A DNA stretch of 64,000 nucleotides from Botryllus schlosseri (taxonomy: Eukaryota). The translations under genes were made by a program, and so were the position numbers. The stretch covers positions 22,384,001 to 22,448,000 of the forward strand of contig CM119371.1 of assembly GCA_051294905.1 (NCBI GenBank), written 5' to 3'. Under the pieces are notes generated by a model. It made no database searches. It saw only the letters and a list, made by a program, of their open reading frames with translations, and had not been told where the DNA came from. Below, in pieces: positions 39,113 to 50,880 of the stretch. Position 1 is the stretch's first letter. Each line of letters begins with the position of its first letter.

Positions 39113-41430
39113 GCGAGATAGCATAGTGAAATAATTCACAGTTACAAAACCAATGGGCTGTGGTTCCTAGTCCGACCGATCTCGAGTCCGGAATTGTTTA
39201 ATTGTTGAAGGTTTGTTTAGGTCAGTGGTTCCAAATCTTTTTCGGTGTGAGGGCCAAATTTAGAATTTCATAGTACGGTCGGGGCCGCACGAATAATACG
39301 GGTATGAAACGGACCCAAACAGTCATCATGGCTATTTCGGAGTAGTTTTATTGCCCTGGCGAGATTTCAAAACTGTACACAATTTACCGCTACTTATCTG
39401 CTGCATTGGTTGTCCGTTGAGTGAATCAGCTTTTCTCGCCTAAACGCGCGAATCACGAGAAATCTCTTTAGTTTCATGACTGAATCGATCAATATGATCT
39501 GGAATTGCATGTATTGCTATCAATTTTCATCCTGTCTCTGTTCACGTATTCTGATTTACCGGTAGAGCTGAGTAAAGTGTGTTTGAATAGGTGTGGGCCC
39601 CCTCAATAGTAATTAAACATATCCGGGGGTATACCCATTATCAGGAACGTAACAGCACTTCGTAAGGACTCCGGGCTCCCATAGGGTGATAAGCTGACCC
39701 CGCATCACGTTGTTCGCTTTTGCTACGAAATTAAAGTTGTACTGTTTAGTGAGACAGCGCGATGCGCGAATATTTCGATAATTCATGACAAAATCGGTGA
39801 ATTAGATCGGGAATTGCATGGTTGTCCTCTTTGCCCAAGTAATCAGATTTACAGGTAGAACTGAGTGGAACTGCAAACCCCGTAAATTAAACATCTTCGG
39901 GCGGGCGGACCCCTAGGTATGACTTCTTTGCATGATGTTATTTCGTGACCTCCTTTCTGCTATATCAAAAAATGTTGAGTTGCCTAAACCTACTAAACTG
40001 AAAGATCACACGATTTCAGATTGGAATTTCTTCACTGGCATATAATTTTGTTTCCTGCGGTTTGGTATTTGTCTTGTGAGGTTTAGATTGTCAAGACAAG
40101 AACAACCGGGGCCTGTCATTTAGGCGCCTATATGGACAATTAAACCTATATGTATTTTGTATGTATAACGAAGTTTTTGGTATTTCGAAGTTTTTGGTCA
40201 GCATAAAAGCCGTCCTTTACGGCCAGGCCTTTATCGCTGCCAATTGTTCTGACACACTTCTTGGAGTCACAAGTTACATGGCCTTTAACTTTATATGTCT
40301 TGGTGCGTTGTGGTGCGGTCATGGCCAACGCTGATATGCCCATTCCTATAAATCTTGCGTATTTTTTCATGGGGAAGAGTACCCAATAATCAATATATGT
40401 GGCGAATCGAAATCGCGGCAAACGACAAATTTTTTTGAAAAAGTTGCATAAACTTTCAAAAAATACTCCCTAATTTATGCTAATTCACGAAATAATTTTT
40501 TGTCCCCTTAGAGCTCGGCCACCCTTAATTGGGAGGTTTGGGGTGCGGCAGTTGCGGCCCTGACTACAGGCCTAGCGGGGACTACCAATTATGCTGCTTG
40601 GATAAGCAGTATGCCTCTCGGCGTATTCAACCGTGAGTCACGTGTTGCACATCTAGTTAGCATAGGGTTACCATACATCCTCTTTTAAGATGATTTGTCC
40701 TATTTTTTTAAAATTTTTTTAAAGTGTTCTCGAAGGACGCCCAAATGTCTTCTTTCTTGAGATTTTGTCTTATTTTTGGGAGATTTTGGTTAAATATAGG
40801 GCCAACTTCGACTGATATACATCAAGTCAGCACTGTAGGAACGCTACGGCGACTATTTCGGGAGCTGGACCGGAAGTTGACCTTTTTTTCAGTCAACCAC
40901 CTGTTAATGTGAAAGAAAAACTGTGTTTTCCGGGAGTTGAGCCTCTTTTTCTTTTTTAGTCAAGCGACCACGAAGCGGGAAAAATTTACCATTTTTCATG
41001 ATTTCCCCCTGGTTTTGAAAGTTATCAATACCTATTCATATCTATAGCAACTGCTCGTTCAATTGGAAAGTTAGGGCACATTGCATTGAAACAGCAGTGA
41101 CGTAACGTTAGCAGTCTATACTCATAACTCTCCTGCAATTCTATAATAAAAAAAAACTACAGAGGCCAAGCCCGACAAGAGTATTTTATAAATATAAATT
41201 TTATTTTTTGTCATAAATCGATTTCTTAATATATTTTTGGGGCCGCGCTTGGGATTCACTGGTCTAGGTTCCTCCTTGCCATATCACCCGTGTAAGCGGT
41301 GTATTAGAGAAGTCGACACGTGGGCCGTGCTACAAGTCGGCAGTCACGGAATAAAAACTAGTAAATAGGCCTGCTGCAAATGACAGTGATAGCCGACAAA
41401 CACCATGAATACCTGAAACAAACAAAAAAA
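39113..41430 (+). mobile_element. tRNA-derived SINE split by a hAT insertion
   Basis: 5' half 39113-39222 and 3' half 41262-41430 with AAAC tail; uninterrupted paralogue at 50647-50880. Confidence 0.8.
39223..41261. mobile_element. Non-autonomous hAT element (composite, with a nested TAGGGTTACCA end at 40663)
   Basis: Ends CAGTGGTTCCAAA / TTGGGATTCACTG; TSD GTTTAGGT/GTCTAGGT; empty site near 50750; inverted relative at 44014-45688. Confidence 0.85.
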
Positions 41431-41978
41431 ACTGCAAGCGCACACACACATAAGAACACCACATACATTGAACCTGATGCAGTGCAGTGTTGGGATGACG
41501 CGAGTTTTCTTTCTCGTCTGACTTAACTTGACTCGATTCATTTTGCTATAATGACTTGACTCGATTTGATTCGGCGTATCAGAAATGTGAATTGACTCGT
41601 GACTCGGTGCAAAATTCACGAGTCAATTTCAATTCCTCAAGTAAATCGTGCTGATAAAAATCACTGTATCTTTCATATGTGTATCTGTATGCCCTGGAAA
41701 TACACTAGCTTGCGACCGAATGAAATTGAGAAACTGGTCTCAGAACAGAGCCGCTTTCTCTCAGATTGCAAAAACATACAATATGAGTTAGAATCTGGTC
41801 AGGGCATATAATAATCCCCAAAATCCCCGCAAAAGTGAGAATTGCTAGGGTATTGCCCAAGTATTGCTTGTAACTATCTGCATGCGGTCTGCACAGGGAC
41901 GAGGTTGCGCGACCAGCGTTTATACATGGCCCGTGTTTGCTTCACGCCGTCATGATTAGCAGAAGCAGGAATAAATAG

Positions 41979-42919
41979 TAGGGATGGCGTGGAACCTCGG
42001 TAATTTAGAGGTTCACGTTCACAAACGAGCCTTGGTAGGTTCTGCACTGTGAACCTTTTTCATAAACGACACTTTATTCGTCATTATATCGTCTTTGGTT
42101 GAAATTTACTGCATTTCAACTGCGGATCACTCCATGCATGACGATGGCAGCTTAAAAAATCAACACTAAAACGAGCATGCACCTTGACAATCACAAAATT
42201 TATCCCTGCTTTGTTTGAAAGTTTGCTCGAAATATCCAACTTTCTGTTTGTGAATATTTAGACTTTAGAGACTCTCTGCTGTGTGACCGGCAAATGAGCG
42301 AAATACACTACATGTAGGTAGTCAGCGAATGATGCTTATTCAAACAACCAATGAAATTGATATCGCGCTGTCTGATGTAAAAAAATCTAACAGGCGTACG
42401 AGGTCCAGCTCGATGTCATATGTTTGCCGAATCATAAAAACCAAATCCGTGCGATCGGGGCGTTGGCTACGTGTGTAAAACTTGTTAATGGGGTAAAATC
42501 CGTTTCACACTATGCTCAATATTAACATAGAAACACTCAGACGCCGAATACATCGTCCGGTCTTGCATTGACCGCGGAGGCGTAAGCTTATGTTCACGTG
42601 CAAGTCCTCGTCCAAATTGTTGGCAAAGCGACGGAAGATATTGATTTTATGGGATTATTCTATCATTTGATTGCACCAGTTTATACATTTGGCGACGTTT
42701 AAAAAGTCAATATACTTCAGCATTGTGGCATTATGTGGCCCGAGTCGTCGCTAGGTATCGTGTACATTAATATATATCACGTCACTGAGATGTAGGGTGG
42801 TAATTAGCAATATGACGTCACGTGACGTCATGAGGTTCACGTTCGCGTTCACACAGAACCTTTCAAAAAGGTTCGCGTTCACACGAACCTGAACCTTTCA
42901 GAGGTTCACACCATCCCTA
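41979..42919. mobile_element. Non-autonomous hAT element with TAGGGATGG termini
   Basis: TIRs TAGGGATGGCGTG / CACACCATCCCTA; perfect TSD ATAAATAG; GAACC/GGTTC subterminal repeats; empty site in paralogous units. Confidence 0.92.
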
Positions 42920-44013
42920 ATAAATAGTTCCATGATTATATGCATGGGCGGGAGATTTGGAGCGATATAACCGAGATATAAAACCAATGTTTGCGTAACT
43001 AAGTAGGCACGCTGTACATTGAATAACGTATTTACAAAAGAGGTGTGAATGTGGATGTAGACGTCACTCCACGCTGCTCGGTGTTTCGACTGCCTTGTGC
43101 CGTATTACTCGCAGCAGTGTTTTTGATACGTATGCGGCGTGAGAGATCGTCTGCCTCTCAAATTATAAAAAATATTATTTATAATAGTGATAGTCTTATA
43201 ATTCGAGATGGTTTAAACGTGAGGTTCATGTTCGCCTTCCTTGTGTGAACCTCAGAGATTCGGAAGTTAACGTTCACAAACAAACCGTGGTAGATTTTGC
43301 ACTGTGAACCTTTTTCATATATTTTCATATATTTTCAATTCATTATCACATCTTTGGTTGAAATTGATTGCATTTCAACTACGGGCCATATAAATATTCC
43401 ACTCGTCACCGCAGTCGAAGCCGTGTGTGGTAGTTCCCGTTCGAGTCATAGATTGCCTAGATCTTGCCGTCGTTAAAGAGCTAGGCTATGCCACTAATTA
43501 GAAAACAATCACACACCCATGACCTGAGACCAATGAAGCAATCTTTTTCGAAGTTTTGACACCAGGTGATTCGCTGGACATCCTAAATTTGGTGACATAA
43601 ATTTGTCGAAAAATGGTGAACATTTTTTTTTACTTTCATTTGATTTTATGATTTATCAAACTATTTCTAAGTGGATTTTTTTCTGGCTAAATACGCTAGT
43701 CAGCCAGTTTTAGGCAAACCGTGTGAAAGTGATGCTTTCTGGGATTATGGCAGGCACGATTCCAAATAACGCCTTTTTTCAATTTGCCTCTAGTTTTTGA
43801 GCTGTGCCCTTCATATCTCAGCCTTATGATCTGGAAAAAACAGGCCACCATTGCAAGAAGTCTCAGAAATTTAATTTATTCTCAATGCGCAAACAATGAA
43901 GACAATTTACAAGAGTGTAATCTTTAAGTCTGACAGAATGCCTCTTTGCCAAACCCAGATGTCGCAGCAGAGCATGCAGTTTGAATTGATAGAATAACTG
44001 AGACCCTCATGCT

Positions 44014-45688
44014 CAGTGATTCCCAACCGCGGCCCGCAGATAGCCTTCTTGCGGCCCCCGCACAAAATATTAAGAAATCGAGTATTGACCAAAAATAAAA
44101 TTTTACATTTATGAAATGCACGTACTTGGCTTGGAGTCCGAAGTTTTTAATTAGGATTGCAGGATAGTCGTAAGTAGACTACTAACGTTACGTCGCTGCT
44201 GTTTCACTGCAATGTGCCCTAACTTTCCAGTTGAACGAGCAGTCGCTATAGATATAGGTATAGACAGGACCATAACTGCGGCACGACACACCCTCCAATT
44301 GGGGGGGGGGCGAGCTCGAAGGGGGCTCAAAATTATTTCGTGAATAAGTATAAATTATAGAGTATTTTTTGAAAATTTGTGCATCTTTTTACTCTAGGCG
44401 TGATTTCATGCTGCCAAATATCTTGACTTTTGGGTACTCATCCCCCCAAAAAATATCATTATCGAAATGGTCGTATCGGCGTTTGTCATTACCGCGCCAC
44501 GACGCACCAAGACATATTAAGTTTTACGCCATGTAACATGCGACTCCAAGAAGTGTGTCAGAACGATTGGCAGCGAGTAAACCTTGGCCAAAAAGGAGTG
44601 CCCTTATGCTGACCGAAGCTTCGTTATATATACAAAATACTGTCTTGGAAATCTGAGCCACACAAGACACATATCATGCCGCAGGGAAAAATTATATTCC
44701 AGTGAAGAAATACCAATTTGAAATAGTGTGCGCCTCTTAGTTTAGTAGCATACGTTTGGGCTATTCTATATTTTTTGATATAGCAGACAGCAGGTTACGA
44801 ATTAACATCATGTTACGGGGTCATACCAACGGGTTCTGCAGTGTCCAAGACACCTCACTTAGCTCTACCGGTAAATATGATTAAGTGAGCAGCGAGGACA
44901 AGGAATTTATAGCAATATGCAATTCCCAATAATATTGATCGATTTTATCATAAATTATCGAAAATTTCGCGCCTCGCGCTTGCTCACTTAACGGTACCGC
45001 TAATTTTGTGGTAAAAGCGAACAAGGTGGTAGGGGTAGGTTTTTTACCCTATGGGAGCCCGAGACCAAAGTTTTTTGGGGGGAGGGAGGCTCACGAAGTG
45101 CCTTTTTGTTCCTGCCAACGGATATACGCCCGGAGATGTTTAATTATTATTGAGGGGTCCTACCTTTTCAAACACACCTCCCTCGGCTCTACCTGTAAAA
45201 CTGATTACGTGAGCAGAGAGAGGATAAAACTTGATTGCAATATACATGCGATTCCCGATCATGTTGACCGATTCAATTATGAATCACAGAAAATTTTCGC
45301 GCTTCGCGCGTTTAGGCAATAAAAGCTGACTCACTAAACGGCCCCGAAAGCAGCATAATTGGTAGTCCTATAGCTCACGATCGGAGTGTCCGAATAATTT
45401 GAAAGCTACAGTCGTACTGATTCTAAAAATACGAATTGAAATCTCGCCAGGGCAATAAAACTGCTCCAAATAGCCACCAAAGGTCGATTGTTCTGAACTA
45501 TGGGAGCGAAGCAACACAAAGACCATAACAATGGCCAAGGGCTTCGAGCGATTGATCGGAACAATGCCAATTTCCATATTTTGATGACTATTTTGGGTCC
45601 GTTTCATTGCCCTGGTATTCGTGCGGCCCCGACCGTACTCTGGAATTCTAAATTTGGCCCCGACATCGAAAAAGGTTGGGAACCACTG
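44014..45688. mobile_element. Non-autonomous hAT element, inverted relative of 39223-41261
   Basis: TIRs CAGTGATTCCCAACC / GGTTGGGAACCACTG; no TSD; flanks indicate an adjacent deletion. Confidence 0.85.
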
Positions 45689-46208
45689 GTCTTGAGAATA
45701 CATTGTCCGGTCTAGCCTGCCCTAGACCTTTAGGGTGTAAGCTTATGTTTCATAGGCATAGCAGGGGCTCGTGTCAATTATTTACAAAGCGACGTAGAAT
45801 ATTGATTTTATGGAATTGATAAAGCACTGGGTTTTTCCATCTGATTATGTTGGTAATGCTTAAAAAGTCAGCTTTTAGCTCAGTATTGATGCTAAATGTG
45901 GCATTAGTCGTCGCTAGGTATCGCGCATAATATTATATTTTATTACGTAAAAGTAGGGTTGGAATTAGCATTATGGCATTCTGTGACGTCACAGGTTCGT
46001 GTTCAGGATCGCGTCCATATAGAGCCATTCAAGGGCTCGCAGTTCGCACCATTCCTAGTAATTGTGGTAATCTAGGCCCATTGAAGGGTATAAGTAACTT
46101 TTAAACTAGAATCAATCGGGCCGAACTAATGTCGTATTCGTCGTTACAAACACCAGAAAACACAATTAGATGTTCTGACAATTTTCTCATTTCGTTGACC
46201 AGTGATAT

Positions 46209-47460
46209 CCAGGGTTGCCATCGCCTGGGACCAAAAAATAAGGACAGTTAAAAAATTAGATTAGCATGAAAAAGCGTTTTTGTACATACTTTGTATCTAT
46301 ATGAGGCGTGGCATATCACATGCCATACTTTTCGCCAGAAATAATCTACGTCAGCAACTCCTTGTTATTAGAAAGTGCTTCATGGACCTTACGACATCTC
46401 AGGTCTAGGTTCACCTTTACTCAAGGCCGAAACAGCACTTCGTCAGTAAACCAAACTTCTTCACCTCGTTGAGATCGGAGGCGTCAACTAAGATGAAAAA
46501 AGTTCATACAAAATAATTTTTGAGCGTACGTAGCAAGAACTCCAGTAACTTATTTACGATGTTGAAATCGGGGAATATTGCCGATTCTCAGACTTTCATG
46601 TGTATTTCAAGGAGGTTCCATTGCCCTGATTAGATTTTGGTGTATATTTTTTCGAATTAGTGAGTTAGTAGCTTTCAAATGAAATGAACATTATTGAATT
46701 TAAGCACGCGGGTCGTCAGCTATGGGGTTAGCAATTATGTTGCGTTCAGATTGCTGAGCACTAATTTCCTCCGGGCAAGCAAGCACGACGACGGGTGCTG
46801 CGTATCTATCCGTAGGTTAGTTATCTATAGTTAGATACCTTTGAATTCTCTCTCATAATCGTCACGAAAAACGTTTTTACGTCTCTGCTCACTTTAACTA
46901 ATCAGATTTAGCCTTATTAGTAGCTAAAACTATTTGCGCAAGTGCAATATAATTTAGAAAAATTTAACAATGATTGATAGCTTTACTACTTAACCAATGT
47001 GTCGACTGCACTGCTTTTTCTTTACTGCGCAATAAATGCTGGCTTCCCCACACTTGAGCTTATTCTGCTGTAGACCAAACAGCAGAAACCTGGTACTACT
47101 GTTTACTGCTAAAATGACGTCCGCTGCTGTAGCTTGGTACAGACGAAACTGCTAAACCACCACTCACTGCCCTAGATTCGCCACTTAGAAGTCAAATCTT
47201 ATGGTGTATACGTCACGAGAGTTCCTTTCATTTATGATGTCATAAAACCTGGACGTAAAAGCATAATTTTAGAATGTTATGCAACACAGATACCCGAGGA
47301 AAACGATCGAAGTTCTGTATGTGGTGGAAAATAAGACAAAATAAGGACGCAAGTCGAAAATAAGGACATTTCTTAGAAATAAGGACAGTTTAGTTTTCTA
47401 AGACGTGGCCCTTCAAAATAAGGACAAATCTTAGGAATAAGGACGGTATGGCAACCCTGG
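46209..47460. mobile_element. Non-autonomous DNA transposon with CCAGGGTTGCCA TIRs
   Basis: Perfect 12-bp TIR, AATAAGGAC subterminal repeats, ATAT duplication, empty site CCAGTGATATAAC in a paralogous unit. Confidence 0.88.
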
Positions 47461-47894
47461 ATATAACGAAAGTCTATACGCAGAGGTATGTTGCCTGTGC
47501 TGCGAGTAAATACTCCATTGATCGAATTTTTCATACTAGAATTGTTTTTGATATACCTGTAATGTCCAATTTCCTTATGACGTATTTTCAAAACTTTCAA
47601 ATATTCATCGTTTGCAAAATAATTTTCTGTCTGCGCACTGCGATGCTATTCGGGCACGCAAGGTCTATCCATATCTTTATACACGGCTGAGTAGCCGACA
47701 GATTGGACTGATAGGGACTGATATATGTACATATTGAACTTGTAGATATCGTAGGTTTCGGAACGAAAATCAATGATTGATTGTTGGCGTTGAAAGCCCA
47801 TTTTCCTCAGTGCATTTACTGTAAAATGTATGGCCTCTCAGACATTGTTGAATGTCTGGAATTTGTTATGGTGTTGATAATTACGGCATTTCAG

Positions 47895-48005
47895 CTACTG
47901 ACACTGGTAGGCCGATACCAGAGACCGAAAATGTACCTGCGGAACGTTCAGAAGCAGAAGTACATGGAACAGACACTCCAAACGACTCCATTCAGAATGC
48001 ACGAG
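47895..48005 (+). CDS. Repeated linker exon R5 (TDTGRPIPETENVPAERSEAEVHGTDTPNDSIQNAR)
   Basis: ATTTCAG acceptor, GAG|GTGAGT donor, 111 nt, phase 1-1, open. Confidence 0.8.
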
Positions 48006-49759
48006 GTGAGTCTCATTGGGTTGTGTAATATTTAGGGATGAGCAAAGAGGATGACGGATTTATTCATATATCATGTCCTCGCATTTTAATCGGGTATGTG
48101 TCGAATCGATACAACAGAAAATTCAAATTTGACGTGATTTCTTTAAGCACCAGTCTCTCATGGATGTGTCGACTACTATGGTCATTTACACCAGAACCAA
48201 GAGTTTCTTATATTCAATTCCGTATCTGCCGACTTCTAGCATGACCCACCTCTAGCTAGGCTTTTCGTAAGACACCACATACACGGATTAGTTGTCGAGA
48301 AGGAACATAGACAAACCTCCAACACTTAGGTTGGAATTCTGGAGTCGACCTGTGTCGGACTCGAACCCCCAACCCATTGGTGTTGTAGCTGTTGATTATA
48401 CCACTTCGCTATCTCGTCACTTAAGCAACAGTTGTAAGCTTGTCAGCGTCTAAATCACTATGAATTTCGTCTTGAATAACCCCGTTCTCGGCCAATAAAA
48501 ATAGTATTGTGTTGTGGAAATGGACGATGTTATCTATACAGGTGGTTTAGAACCTGCGACCCGCCTGCCCGTGAAGACGCATTATAGAATAAATTACAAT
48601 TGTGCATGGACAAAGAAAATTACCAGGATTCTAACCAAGTCAAGGCTCCGACTCACAAATGAATTCTACTTTTATAGTTCACACTCGAGTCAAGCTATTT
48701 TCACTGCACCACAAATTTAAGTCCGAGTCTAAGCCAAGTCAGGGTTTACAGACTCGAAACTGAAATCAAGTCATTGTGTTCACCGTTCAATCCTGTTGAA
48801 TCCACTTAATTCCACTTTACACGAGTGATATGGAAAGGCTCGCAGTTCTCATATAGTAATTTTCTCCGTCTTTCGGCTTACGGCTTTATTTTCCAAGTAT
48901 TAGGACTGATAGACGAAATTGTAACAATGTGGTAACTTTACCATTCTTCGCCGTTACAATGTAATGTCTGTCCTGGCCGCCTTCTCGAGTCATATGACTT
49001 TGTTCGAGTCATTTTACTCATTTGAAAAAATGACTCGAATCAAGTCAAATAACCATAAAATAGCGACTCGAGTCCAATCATAACAACCCTGCTATTTGCT
49101 CATTTGAATCATTGATGCATCGAATTTGCTCACGCCAGACAGATCGCATCGAAACTGCAATATCAAAGAAAAAATACCATAAAACCTATATATGCCTTTC
49201 TTTGGTAATGTGATGAAATATTTCATATAATTATCAGTCTTTTAACAGATATCTCCGTCCATCCCCTATATCCCCCGCGAAAGTGAGAATTGCTTCGGTA
49301 TTTCCCCAGTATTGCTTCTAATCATGCGTATATGCGGCATGCGCAAGGACGAGTTTGCGCGACCAGCGTTTATTCATGACCTGTGATTGCTTCACGTCGT
49401 CATGATTGGTCGAAGCAAATATATATAGTTATATATATGCATGCACGGAAGATTTGGTGCAATGTAACCGAGATAACAATATTTGTCATGCAGAGTAGGC
49501 ACGCTGTACATTGAACAGCGTTTTTACAAAAGAGGTGTGGTTGTGGACGTGGACGTCAATCAACGCTACTCGGTGTTTCGTTTCGACTTCCTTGTACCCA
49601 TATTATACGCAACAGTGTTTGTGATACGTATGTTGCGTGAGAAATCGTCTGCCACTCAAATTATATAAAATTTTATTTGTAGCAGTGATAGTCTTATAAT
49701 ATCAGTGACTGATATATTCTTATAGAATAACTTTTAAATGGAAATCTAATATGTTGCAG

Positions 49760-50595
49760 AAAGCGAATACCCATTCGAAGAAAAAACTGTTTATGTCGAG
49801 AATACCAAAATAGAAGTGGAAATTGGCCAATGTAGTGTGTCCTTTTCCGATTATAGTTTCAATAAAAGGGAAAAAATCACCATTCGGGCAGAAGTCAATC
49901 CTGAGATTCACGAGATATACCCTTCTGATATTGAAGCAATTACACCAACATTGACAATCGACGCACCAAAATCAAGATCACCTGCAACAGTCAAACTTCC
50001 TACTTGGTGTGTCCCCGGAAGTGGCAAGCACAAAATTTACATCATGCAATGTGACCAATCATCCGACCGATGGAAAAAAATTGAAAGCAAATATTTGGAA
50101 TATTCAGGATATATTGAATTCCGCACTTCGAAATTTTCCAAATTTGGAGCATTTCAACGTGTACGTGATAAATTGCGAAGTTCGATTCATTCTCCACTGC
50201 GCTATCGGTTGCAACCAGTCTTTTACTACAAAGGCAACCGCTTTGCGCTGGCGGTAATTCGTGACAACGAGCTCATGGACAGACTACTCAAAAAGATTAT
50301 GAAGAAAGACCTTGGGGGGGGGAAGTGGGATGCTTCAAACCTGAAGCCATGAAAGTTGCTAAACATAGCTTTATCCAAATGGATATAAAAAGCAACGAAA
50401 CTGGTCTCAGCTTCGAGCCCCGGGATATAAAATTATGTGACACGGTCGAGGAAATAACGAGGCGGTCGAGGCCAATATATAAAACATTGACCCTACAAGT
50501 TACTGAATCCATACCGAAGGAAAAGATTACAATAACATATACAGTGGAAATAATGGAAAATCTACTCAACGGGTCATTTAAATGTCCGAATCAAG
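49760..50595 (+). CDS. ZU5 plus UPA-like exon copy 2, frameshifted at a G9 run (real lesion or assembly error)
   Basis: Paralogue of 38234-39061 with intact TTGCAG and AAG|GTAAGT sites; 836 nt; ORFs 49816-50352 and 50325-50660 join across G 50314-50322. Confidence 0.75.
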
Positions 50596-50646
50596 GTAAG
50601 TTTTCGAGGGAATGTCCTGATTTATGCACGTCAACACCAACTGCAA

Positions 50647-50880
50647 GCGAGATAGCATAGTGGTACAATTCCCAGCTAGAACACCAATGGGCTGTGGCAT
50701 CGAGTCCGACCGATGTCGACTCTAGAATTGTTTAATTGTGGAAGGTTTGTCTAGGCTCCTCCTCGCCATATCATCCATGTAAGCGGTGTCATATAAAAGC
50801 CAAGGCGTGGGCCGTGACTGATGTAAATGATCATGGTAGTCAACAAACACCATGAATACCTCAAATAAACAAAAAACCAA
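50647..50880 (+). mobile_element. tRNA-derived SINE
   Basis: TAGCATAGTGG A box, degenerate B box, A-rich tail; paralogue of the split copy at 39113. Confidence 0.75.

Noticed and set aside
22124..48720. Recurring ORF MDDLIYTGGLEPATRLP at 22124, 25055, 28223 and 48514
   Set aside because: Lies in duplicated intron and transposon sequence; starts and stops vary, other copies are broken, and there are no conserved splice sites.
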